Origin: Opitutaceae bacterium
GTDB lineage: Bacteria; Verrucomicrobiota; Verrucomicrobiia; Opitutales; Coraliomargaritaceae
Length of the DNA: 64,000 nt
Assembly (NCBI GenBank): GCA_051252375.1
Contig: JBPOFY010000001.1
Coordinates: 512,001 to 576,000 of the forward strand
Direction of reading: 5' to 3'
In this document: positions 19,731 to 28,800 of the stretch, piece after piece
Numbering within the stretch: the first letter of the stretch is position 1
Layout of the letters: every line of letters begins with the position of its first letter
Made by a program: the position numbers and the translations under genes
The notes under the pieces: generated by a model
What the model saw: only the letters and a program-made list of their open reading frames with translations
What the model was told of the DNA's origin: nothing
Databases searched by the model: none

Positions 19731-21392
19731 TTAGTCGATCTGGCTAAGCAACTTCAGGATGTTGAGCGAGTGGTCGCCGATGCTTTCGATGTTGTTGAGA
19801 ATATCGATGTAGAGCATCTCTGACTTGATGTTTGTCGGGTCGCTCATGCGGCGGACGGCTTCGCGGCGAAGCTTCTTACGAGAGGCATCAATGGTCTCTT
19901 CAAGCTGCATGGCAATTTCGATATCTGCGTGCGTGACCTTCTTAGTGAGGCATTGGATGTAAAATCCCATGAACTGATCGACGGGGCGGCTGAAGTTGCG
20001 AATCGCCTCTTGAGTGCCTTCGGGGAGCACTCGTTTTTTGCGGAATTTACGCTCCGCGAGTTTAACGAGGTTGAGGGCATTGTCGCAGATTTCCTCCATT
20101 TCAGAAATAACACGCAGCATGACGGTCACTTCGTTGAGGCGCTCGCGACTGAGCTCTGAGGAGGTGCAATAAATAAGATATTGAGTGATATCGAAGGCGA
20201 GGCGGTCGCTGCGCTCTTCCATCGCTTTCAGCTCTTTGATGCGAGCCCCCATGTCTTCGTCAGGGTTCTCATACACTTCATTGAAGCCCTTGAACATCTC
20301 GCGGGTGAGTTCGGCCATACCTCTGATCTCACGCTCTGCTTCGGCGAGATTGATTTCACCTGTTTGTGGGAGATTGGGCGCTTGGTATTGAATGTGTTCG
20401 GTTTGGCCTTCTGGTGTTTCTCTGTCCTTCACCATCTTGGTCGCCAAATAGGCGAGCTGTTTAACGAATGGAACTTGCACGCAGATATTCACGAGATTGA
20501 ACATCGAGTGGAAAAGTGCCAAGTGGTAGAGTGTATGCTCTGGGTCATCGGCCAACCCTGGTGTCAGCTTATCAATGATGCCTGCAAATGGGTAGAACAG
20601 GAAGATCATCCAGAAGACACCCACCATATTAAACAGGAAGTGTGCGCGAGCGGCACGCTTGGCTTCGACGCCACCAGTCATGGCTGCGAGGTTGGCGGTG
20701 ATCGTAGTGCCGACGTTTTCGCCGATGACGATCGCGGCAGCATCTTCATAGCCGATCCAGCCCTTTGCGGCGAGGGTCAGTGTGATTGCACCAGCGACGG
20801 ACGAGGATTGCACGAGGACGGTCAACAGCACACCGAATACGAAGAAAATTGCGACTGAACCCATCCCGTGGCCAGTCCAGTCGGCGAGGAAGGAGAAGAG
20901 CTCTGGGTTCGCTTTAACGTCAGGGACGGAGCCTTTAAGGAAGCTGAGACCAAGAAATAAGATGCCGAAGCCGATAAGCGCTTGTCCGGTATCGCGCACT
21001 TTGGGCGTGCGGAAGAAAATCATCGCGACACCAATACCTACGCAGGGCAGTGCGATCGAGGTCAGGCTGAACTTGAAGCCGAGGAAGGCGACGATCCAGA
21101 AGGTGGTCGTGGTGCCGAGGTTGGCGCCCATGATCATGCCGATCGATTCGCGCAGCGTCAGTAGTTTCGCATTCACGAAGCTCACAATCATCACCGTTGT
21201 GGCACTGGATGACTGCACCAAGGTGGTCATCAGCGTGCCGCTTACGATCCCAGATAGACGATTGCGCGTCATGTTGGATATCAGCGCGCGGAGGCCTTCG
21301 CCGGATACTTTTTGAAGGCCTTCACTCATGACCTTCATTCCGTAGAGGAAGAGGCCAAGGCTGCCGAAGATTGCGAAAAGAGTTGAAAACAT
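19731..21392 (-). CDS. Na+/phosphate cotransporter family protein with PhoU-like tail
   Basis: two QSSS repeats, GANLGTT and GENVGTT, helical C-terminus. Confidence 0.92.
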   Translation of the reverse strand: MFSTLFAIFGSLGLFLYGMKVMSEGLQKVSGEGLRALISNMTRNRLSGIVSGTLMTTLVQSSSATTVMIVSFVNAKLLTLRESIGMIMGANLGTTTTFWIVAFLGFKFSLTSIALPCVGIGVAMIFFRTPKVRDTGQALIGFGILFLGLSFLKGSVPDVKANPELFSFLADWTGHGMGSVAIFFVFGVLLTVLVQSSSVAGAITLTLAAKGWIGYEDAAAIVIGENVGTTITANLAAMTGGVEAKRAARAHFLFNMVGVFWMIFLFYPFAGIIDKLTPGLADDPEHTLYHLALFHSMFNLVNICVQVPFVKQLAYLATKMVKDRETPEGQTEHIQYQAPNLPQTGEINLAEAEREIRGMAELTREMFKGFNEVYENPDEDMGARIKELKAMEERSDRLAFDITQYLIYCTSSELSRERLNEVTVMLRVISEMEEICDNALNLVKLAERKFRKKRVLPEGTQEAIRNFSRPVDQFMGFYIQCLTKKVTHADIEIAMQLEETIDASRKKLRREAVRRMSDPTNIKSEMLYIDILNNIESIGDHSLNILKLLSQID

Positions 21393-21516
21393 AAGCGTGT
21401 CCTAGGGAGTTAGTCTAGGGTCTGAGCAAATGTTTCAATCGGGTAACGGCAACGATAAAAGCGATTATTCTGGGGAGTGATGCAACTCAAAGCACTTCCC
21501 TTGAGTTCTATAGGTG

Positions 21517-22704
21517 CTAAGCCAAGATGGGCTCAAGCTTTGGTGCATTTGGGTCGAGCTTTGAATGCTCGGTAATGACCAGTGGATAGCGGTATTCCTC
21601 GCCCTGAAAATTGCGCATGATGATGGCCTCGTCGGTCACTTCCTTGATATATTCGGGGTTGATCGGGATCTTGCCACCCCCGCCGGGAGCATCGATGACG
21701 AACTGAGGGATGGCATAACCGGTGGTGTGCCCACGGAGTGCCTGCATGATCTCGATGCCTTTGCGGGGGTCTGCCCGTAAGTGAGCGCTACCGGTGATTA
21801 GGTCGCATTGGTAAAGGTAATAAGGGCGCACACGCATCATGAGGAGGCGGTGGATGAGCGATTTCATGATCTCGGCGTCGTCATTCACGTGCTTGAGGAG
21901 CACCGATTGGTTACCAATCGGCACGCCCGCATAGGCGAGGCGGTCGCAGGCGTCTTTCAGCTCGTGGGTGCACTCGTTCGGGTGGTTGGTATGGATGCTC
22001 AACCAAATAGGACCGTGTTTCTTAAAGATTTCGCAGAGTTCCGGCGTAATACGCTGTGGCAGGAAGACAGGAATGCGCGAGCCGATGCGGATAAACTCGA
22101 CGTGTGGGATCTTGCGCAGCTCGCCGAGCAGGTAATCGAGCTTTTTGTCGGAAAGGAGGAGCGGGTCACCCCCGCTGAGAAGCACGTCGCGTATCTCTGG
22201 ATGGGTGCGGATGTATTCGAGACCGCTCTCGAACTCGGGGTGGAAATTATAGTCCTGCGCGTTGGATACGAGGCGGCTACGTGTGCAATAGCGGCAATAG
22301 GCCGCACAGCGATCAGTCACGAGGAACAGCACGCGGTCCGGATAGCGGTGCACGATACCGTCCACGGGCTTGGTGTTTTCTTCGCCGACCGGGTCCAGCA
22401 TCTCCTCGGGAGCGACGTTCATCTCGCCCGCGCGTGGCACGACTTGGCGGCGAAGCGGGTCATTTGGGTCGTTGAAATCGATTAAATTGAAAAAGTAGGG
22501 CGTGATCGCCAGTGCCAGCTTATCCTTAGCGAACAGGCAACCCGCGCGTTCGTCGGCAGTCAGTGTCAGGTGCTCCTCCAGCTGCTCCAGCTTGGTGATG
22601 CGGTTTTTCAACTGCCATTTCCAGTTATTCCAGTCCTCTGCGGGCACATCGCCCCATGGGCCTTGGCCGCTTTGCCAGTTTTCGAGTGAGTCGTTTGGAT
22701 ACAT
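21517..22704 (-). CDS. KamA family radical SAM protein (lysine 2,3-aminomutase-like)
   Basis: HRYPDRVL, CAAYCRYC, SGGDPL, DAPGGGGKIP. Confidence 0.9.
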   Translation of the reverse strand: MYPNDSLENWQSGQGPWGDVPAEDWNNWKWQLKNRITKLEQLEEHLTLTADERAGCLFAKDKLALAITPYFFNLIDFNDPNDPLRRQVVPRAGEMNVAPEEMLDPVGEENTKPVDGIVHRYPDRVLFLVTDRCAAYCRYCTRSRLVSNAQDYNFHPEFESGLEYIRTHPEIRDVLLSGGDPLLLSDKKLDYLLGELRKIPHVEFIRIGSRIPVFLPQRITPELCEIFKKHGPIWLSIHTNHPNECTHELKDACDRLAYAGVPIGNQSVLLKHVNDDAEIMKSLIHRLLMMRVRPYYLYQCDLITGSAHLRADPRKGIEIMQALRGHTTGYAIPQFVIDAPGGGGKIPINPEYIKEVTDEAIIMRNFQGEEYRYPLVITEHSKLDPNAPKLEPILA

Positions 22705-22710
22705 GAAAGT

Positions 22711-22745
22711 GAATTTAGAATTAAGAATGCAGTATTAAGAATTCC
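22711..22745. repeat. 7-bp tandem array in the KamA/ArsR divergent intergenic region
   Basis: gaattta gaattaa gaatgca gtattaa gaattcc. Confidence 0.65.
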
Positions 22746-22787
22746 AGCTTGTTGATTTATTCCATTTATGTATTCATATACTTAAAT

Positions 22788-23114
22788 ATGTCAATGTCAC
22801 AAGAGCAGATCGATTTGGATACCTTGGCCAAGCAGCTTTGGGCGATTGGCGATCCTGTGCGTTTGCAGATATTGCGTCTATTGCCGACAGAGCCGACTTG
22901 TGAGAATGCCTGCAATGTTTCGAAGATCGCTGAGCGGATCGGTCTTTCGCAGCCGGCCACATCGCACCACCTACGTATTCTTCGCCAAGCGGGTATCGTC
23001 ACCAACGAGAAAAAGTGCCGCGATATGATCTACTGGATCGACTTGGATTCGGTCAGTGGTGTTTCGGCAAGCCTGCAAGAATTGATAGGCGGATCGCATT
23101 CGGCAGAACTCTAG
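22788..23114 (+). CDS. ArsR/SmtB family transcriptional regulator
   Basis: AIGDPVRLQIL...VSKIAERIGLSQPATSHHLRILRQAG. Confidence 0.9.
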   Translation: MSMSQEQIDLDTLAKQLWAIGDPVRLQILRLLPTEPTCENACNVSKIAERIGLSQPATSHHLRILRQAGIVTNEKKCRDMIYWIDLDSVSGVSASLQELIGGSHSAEL

Positions 23115-23148
23115 GAGAAGCCAGTTTTAGGCTCCCTATAGCGTCCAG

Positions 23149-23547
23149 CTAGCCAAGTGCATCTGGCTTTGGAATGTGCCAGGCGCCAACTGCCGCAATA
23201 ACGAAGGAAGCCACCCATAGAAAATATCCGAAGTGCACAGAGTAAAAAGCCGGGAGCAGGCATATCGCGCCCACTCCTGATAGCATAAAGAATATCGCCA
23301 GCGCCCGCTGGTATCGTGGCTTTGTTGTGAACCGCTGGATGAGCCAGAAAATCAATGGAGCCAGGAGGATCGAAATATTCGATGCGTAGAAGGGCCAATA
23401 TACCTGAGCACAGAAATGTCCGGGAATGGGCTTTCCGTCTGGATTCTGCCACGCGCCAAAGTCAGTGACGATTGCCGGAGAGAATAGCGACACCACGAAG
23501 AGTGCCGATGCGACCCATAGAATAATGTAGTGACTTCTTTTATTCAT
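23149..23547 (-). CDS. small membrane protein (probable gene cassette)
   Basis: about four hydrophobic helices; last ORF of the cassette-like array. Confidence 0.6.
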   Translation of the reverse strand: MNKRSHYIILWVASALFVVSLFSPAIVTDFGAWQNPDGKPIPGHFCAQVYWPFYASNISILLAPLIFWLIQRFTTKPRYQRALAIFFMLSGVGAICLLPAFYSVHFGYFLWVASFVIAAVGAWHIPKPDALG

Positions 23548-23589
23548 TTGGTCTGCTGTATATTTTGAGCGGTCAGTCTCGCTAATGAT

Positions 23590-23883
23590 TCAATATCTAG
23601 GTGGTTGTTCAGACGCGCTTTGTTCGGGATTTTTAGCTTTGCCCCAGCGCCATTTCGAAGGCTCCCCCTTAATGTAGCAAACACCTATCAAGATTCCCGT
23701 GCAGCCAATAATCACCGCAAGAAAGGGTAGTAAATGTTCATTCGGATTGATGAGAAAGGGTAGGATGGAAATCACCGCAATGAAGACGATTAAAACGCTC
23801 CATCCCTGCCAAGTCGTAGGCAATCCCCAGCCCCAGCCATAGCGCTTTGCAGGAAACCAGTAAGGTTTTGTATTCTTGTTCAT
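23590..23883 (-). CDS. small membrane protein (probable gene cassette)
   Basis: YWFPAKRYGWGWGLPTTWQGW plus two TM helices; preceded on the minus strand by GTTCTGC. Confidence 0.7.
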   Translation of the reverse strand: MNKNTKPYWFPAKRYGWGWGLPTTWQGWSVLIVFIAVISILPFLINPNEHLLPFLAVIIGCTGILIGVCYIKGEPSKWRWGKAKNPEQSASEQPPRY

Positions 23884-23906
23884 CGAGAGTTGGGGACTTG
23901 TTTTTC

Positions 23907-24153
23907 GCAGAACGTCCGAGGTGCGGTGCCGTCTATTGGCACTACCTTAAGGAGAAATGGATCTATACATGAGCGTATTTGGTAGGGGCGCCTGCCCTCA
24001 GGCGTCCGCGATATTTCCTTCAGCCTCGGACGCCTGAGGGCAGACGTCCCTACCTTTGCCGTTAGTAAATAGTTAGATTTGATTGAATGTATTTCTTTAG
24101 ATTTAGCCTCTTAAGATAGTGTCGCTGGCTAGTGGCGACCGTTATTGCTCAGC
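23907..24153 (-). other. degenerate attC-like site interrupted by a MITE
   Basis: minus strand begins GCTGAGC at the end of the 24142-24660 ORF and ends CACCTCGGAC-GTTCTGC. Confidence 0.5.
23934..24127. mobile_element. decayed second copy of the MITE, carrying a family A REP doublet
   Basis: tattggcactaccttaag (16/18 to the TIR at 18814) and cttaagatagtgtcgctg (13/18); REP doublet at 23981-24054; no target duplication visible. Confidence 0.7.
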
Positions 24154-24660
24154 GCTCTCTGATTCTTTCTGTAGTCTTTTGATCGCTTCATCGATATCTA
24201 GAGCGAGAACTTGGAATACTCCTTTGGCATCTTGTTCAATCCATTCAACCTTACCGTCAGGGCTGATAGGTCGCATCGCATACTTCCAATGATAACGGTA
24301 ATGCCCCTGCTCAGGATTGAGGAATGCCAAATATCGCTTGGTCTCAATCGGTTCCCAGACGGCAGAGCTCATCGGAATCGTGGAGCCCACAACCGCAATG
24401 GTTCTTTCTTTAGGCGTCGGAGAGTAGTCGGACTTCAGCGTTTGTAGCACCTCAGCCTGCGCAACATAAACGTCCGATGTTTGCCCCTTCCCCGTGGACA
24501 CTTCGACCTTCGTGACCTTTTTCACATCGATCACCGCCACTAGAGCAGCGCCATCAAAAAAGTCCTTCGCGGGCAGGAAAAACGCTTGGCCTCCGAACGC
24601 TGATCCCAAACTGGAAACGAGCAATGATACAGTTAAAACGAAATGTTTGATTGTCTTCAT
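24142..24660 (-). CDS. secreted hypothetical protein (probable gene cassette)
   Basis: signal peptide MKTIKHFVLTVSLLVSSLGSAFG; bounded by attC-like sites. Confidence 0.7.
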   Translation of the reverse strand: MKTIKHFVLTVSLLVSSLGSAFGGQAFFLPAKDFFDGAALVAVIDVKKVTKVEVSTGKGQTSDVYVAQAEVLQTLKSDYSPTPKERTIAVVGSTIPMSSAVWEPIETKRYLAFLNPEQGHYRYHWKYAMRPISPDGKVEWIEQDAKGVFQVLALDIDEAIKRLQKESESAEQ

Positions 24661-24704
24661 ATCGAGTATGACGCGCGAATGTGGAATTCCTTAGAATTTT
24701 TCGT

Positions 24705-24771
24705 GTCGAACGTCAAAGGTATACATGAGTGAGCGCTAGCGAAAATCATTATATATTCTGCCTAGTTAGGC
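24705..24771 (-). other. attC-like integron recombination site
   Basis: minus strand GCCTAAC...ACCTTTGAC-GTTCGAC, 67 bp imperfect palindrome (tatacatga / tcattatata with a bulge), 6 bp after the upstream stop codon. Confidence 0.7.
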
Positions 24772-24777
24772 TTATTT

Positions 24778-25242
24778 TTAGTCACGAGAAAAATGTCCTT
24801 GCACTGCTTGTGCTTCCAACAATTCAGCCTTCGTCGCTGGTGGAAGATCATCGCTAATGTCTAACTCTTCGATGCCGAATTTTTCAGCCGCACAGGATAT
24901 CCAAGATTCCTGCTTCAAATGGCCAGTAATCGCCGGATTCGCATGTGCAATGATCAGACGTCGCTTCTTTCCGTCAATGTCCACGCCTAGTAGAGCGAGC
25001 TTCAACATGTCTTTAGCGATTTTCTTCTTCTGCCCATCCAAAAGCTTACCCTGTCGGGCGAATATTTCGATGAGCACGCTCTTGTCCTCCGTGACTGCGT
25101 CAACCTCAACTTTGACGCCATCCTTTATTTGGATGATGGCGGACGCCAAAGGTCCAATTTTCAATTTCTTTTCTACAGCCGCTCGCATAATGCCCTCTGC
25201 GGTCCGTTGAATACTACTGTCACCACGTGTGTCTTTTTTCAT
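24778..25242 (-). CDS. hypothetical protein with PD-(D/E)XK nuclease-like motif (probable first cassette)
   Basis: VEVDAV..DKSVLIEIFAR; preceded by GTTCGGC. Confidence 0.55.
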   Translation of the reverse strand: MKKDTRGDSSIQRTAEGIMRAAVEKKLKIGPLASAIIQIKDGVKVEVDAVTEDKSVLIEIFARQGKLLDGQKKKIAKDMLKLALLGVDIDGKKRRLIIAHANPAITGHLKQESWISCAAEKFGIEELDISDDLPPATKAELLEAQAVQGHFSRD

Positions 25243-25253
25243 ATATTGTTTTT

Positions 25254-25271
25254 GCCGAACAAATTATTAGG
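25254..25271 (-). other. attI-like site candidate
   Basis: minus strand CCTAATAATTT-GTTCGGC with no long palindrome upstream; AT-rich region. Confidence 0.45.
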
Positions 25272-25431
25272 TAATTTGAGATATTCTTCCATGGAGTAAC
25301 AGTCAAACGCTATTGAGCTTGGGAAATGGCAGTTTGCCTAATTACATATCATTCCGCGGATTACGTATGCCTTATTGCTATCTATTTCTCCCTGTATTCT
25401 TTTGATAGCTTTCATTTCTCTATTTCGTGTT

Positions 25432-25803
25432 TCAATCTTCCCAGTCAATTGTTTCAGGATCTTCATAATGCGAATCTTGAATGAACCTGACATTGTTTCG
25501 GGGCAGTTTGAATTGCTCTATTAACGTAGCCCTAAATGACTCATTTTGTATGAGTGCCTCGCTGCTGTAAGCGATAAATTCGGCTCCCTCCGATTGCATG
25601 ACCACTCTTCCTCTTGGAATCTCTTCATACTCGTAAGCTTTGAGCTTAGGGTTCTTAGATTGTAATACTTCCCAATATTCATAATGGGAGATGTCGACAT
25701 CAGCAAAGCCCTCAGTTGATGGTGCCTTTAGGGCAGGTTCTGCGTAAAATAAAAGGTGCCCTTCGTGATACCAGAAAATCCCTATGTGCGCTTCTGTATT
25801 CAT
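25432..25803 (-). CDS. hypothetical protein
   Basis: 123-aa low-GC ORF (IGIFWY, HYEYW, IPRGRV), overlapping the upstream stop codon. Confidence 0.65.
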   Translation of the reverse strand: MNTEAHIGIFWYHEGHLLFYAEPALKAPSTEGFADVDISHYEYWEVLQSKNPKLKAYEYEEIPRGRVVMQSEGAEFIAYSSEALIQNESFRATLIEQFKLPRNNVRFIQDSHYEDPETIDWED

Positions 25804-28800
25804 AGTTTGACCGAAGTGTTTTGGGCTGTGCTGCCACGAGGGAGTTGGATGACGGTATTGTTCTGCCCCTTGTCATTGACTGGTCCGAGGGAGCGGATGG
25901 TGCAACCGGTGACATTCTTTTCTAGGATGATGCGGGCGGGCGTGAAGTTGGTCAGCGTGGAGTTGGTCAGTGGTTGCTTGCCCCCGCAGGTTAGAACATT
26001 GATGCGTTCAGGGAGCGGCTTGGTAGTGCCATCGTGGAGGATGAAGATGCAATCAATGCCTGCGATGTTACCGAGGCCGGAGTTGGGGGTGAACTCAACG
26101 CCATCGGCGGGGCTGAGAATGGTGACTTCGAAGAAGCCGCCCACTGCGGGCTCGGGCCCCGTGCCGAACACTGGATTGTAGGCGACATCAGAATAACAGT
26201 TCTTGACCGTGATTTTGCCCTTATCGCCGGAGGTCACGTCGAACGACTTACTACCCGCTTCGATCATGCGCACATTCTCAAGAGTCATATCGCCGACGCC
26301 GTAGAGCGCGGAGTTGCCGCGGTGACGTTCGACTGTGGTGTTACGGACCACGACGTTTTGAACTTCGTTATAGGTGCGAATGCCATCTTCGGTGAGAGGG
26401 ATGACTTCACCGCGCGGGATGGGGCGCTCGCCTCGATACATGATGTTGTAATTGTGCTCCTTGGCGACGCCGACTCTTTCGTTATAGATGTCGTCGGTGG
26501 GGCGCAGCGCTCCGGTGAAGAAGCAGTCTTCAATGAGCACGCCGTCGACTTTATGGAAGTGGATGCCGTGACCGAAGCCATGGTTGTAGATACTGCAGCC
26601 TCGTAGCGTGGTGCCGTTGACGTCTTCGAGCGACATGAACGAGTGCTTATCCAGATTGGTCCATTTCTCTCGTCCCTTGCCGTAATAGTCGGAGTAGCCA
26701 TAAGGGGTGCAGCCCTTTACATGAAAGGTGCAGTTGAGGAAAGTGTTCCCGTCATTGACGACTTCAAACAAGTTGCCGCCCGAAAAATATTTGGTATATG
26801 GCAGGTCAGTTTCGGTGCGGAAGTAGGCGCCTTCAAAGATGTTGTTGGCTCCGGCGACGCGCCAGTTGTCGGAGACGTGCGCTTTGCGAGAGAGCTTGTT
26901 CTTCAGCGAACTTGGAATCGAGATGACGACATCGCGCAGGTCGAAGTGGTTGTTCGAGCCACTGACGACGAAGACCTGTTGTTGTGTGGTTGTTTGATCG
27001 CCATCTTGCACCGGACGGAGCTTAGTGAAGGTGAAGGGCGGATCTATTTTCTTGGCGAGGTAGTGGCCGGGCTTGAGTCGAATCTTCTGGCCGTCGCGTT
27101 TAATGGCGGCACGAAAGTCGTCGAGATTATCGATCAGCGTGAAGCCATCGCGGACTTCAAAGTTTTCGGAGAATACTGGAAATGGCGGCGCTTCACGGGC
27201 GATCCATTGCATCGGTGGATTTTCCGGGAATTGCAGAGCAGGGTCGACCTTGGTCGCCTGAGAATCAGCGGTCTGAGCCTTGGTGGTTTGAGGCTGGGAA
27301 GTCACGGGCACGCAAGTTCCGTAAAAGGAAATTTCGCCAACGGATCCGGCATTTCGGGTGTGTCCGGTGAGACCCTTCAGCTTGAAGTAGCGTGCTTTCA
27401 CTTTGTCGATCGGGAAGCTTTGCAGATCTTCGGAGTCTTTGAAGGTGCCTTTCAGTATCGGCTGGTCCGAAGCCTTTCCATCGGCGACCAAATACAGCTC
27501 GAAATCCTTGATGCGTGGGTGGGAGGAACCTTGGCGCGGGAGGAATTCAAAGGAGTGGATGATCGAGTCTTGGCCCATGTCGACGGCAAGCTCGTGGGGG
27601 AAGGCTGGTTCGGTTGGCTCAAACTGTGTGTGCCAAAATGTTTGCGGATCGTTATCGATCGCGAGTCTGGCCTCATAGCCGACCGCTTCGCTGTCGAAGG
27701 AGAGCAACTTCCAATCCCTTTTATTGAGCAGCATGGGAATGTTGCAGTCTGCGGGGTCAGGTAGCTCAAGTATGAGTAGTTTCTGAAAGCGCCAGACGCT
27801 CATGGTTTCGTAAACTTTGTCGCTGGCCAGCTTCGAGGTGAAGTCGTTGATGTTGTTGATCGCTTCGGCGTCCATTGCGAGGACCACGTCATCGTCCTGC
27901 AGCTTGACGACGGAGAAGATCCCTTTGGTCAGTCCTTTTTCGATCTTGGCGCCCTTGAAGTCGGGCAAGCCCGCGGCGGATTTCTCGCCGTCGTTCTCGA
28001 TGTTTTTAATGACGCCGCCCATGTAGTCGATGCCTTCGATCACCTCGTCAGCTGTCAGCTCAATTTCGGGGAACTCAGGAATCTTGGCGATCGCCTTGAG
28101 CGATGGCTTTTGCACGCCGAATTGATCCATTGGGAAGTTCTTCCAGCCGATGGCTTCAGCGAGTTCAGTGTTGGTCACGGTGTAATCTCCGTTCGCAGGA
28201 TCGGCAAATCCAGGGTCGCCGTAGACGCTGTTCGCATCGGTGCCATAGGCGTTTTGGATTTTCTGCAAAGAGTCCTTTTGGAAGAATAGGTTTTGGTCCA
28301 GCAATTTGCCCCATTCCCGCATGCCGATGGGGATATAGCCGTGGGTGGAAATGTTGTTGGTCACGACATCGCCACTGTTCTTGAGCCACACGTGGAGGTT
28401 CATCGAGTTGTTGATGTTGATGTTGTTATAGACCGTGCGCAGCATGCCATCGCGCAGCTTAATGCCACCGCTCAGGCAGACGTTGTTGTAGACTTCATAC
28501 CAAGCAGAACCGTCGTCTAGGTCGATGTCCCAACCATGATCACAACGCCAGCGGTTGTTGCGGATGATGATCTTGTCGAGCATATCGAGCTTCACCAGAT
28601 CGTAGCCATGGATGGCGACTCGGTCGCCTGCGGCACCACGGTTCTTTGTGTAGTAGCGGTCGCGTCCCCAGCTGTTAAATGCGCCGTGGTCGTGGGTTTC
28701 CTGCACGGTTAAGAAAACGTCGTTGTATTCGAGAATGTGTCCGCCCCATTTGCCCTCGCTGATGTTGATGCCAGCTCGTGGCACATCGTAGATACTGTTT

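Noticed and set aside
23149..25803. Prophage remnant
   Set aside because: There are no phage structural, replication or integrase genes; attC-like junctions explain the small ORFs better.
26643..27764. 373-aa plus-strand ORF and other long antisense ORFs (e.g. 57244-57987, 20181-20858)
   Set aside because: They are shadow frames of well-supported opposite-strand genes and have no motifs.
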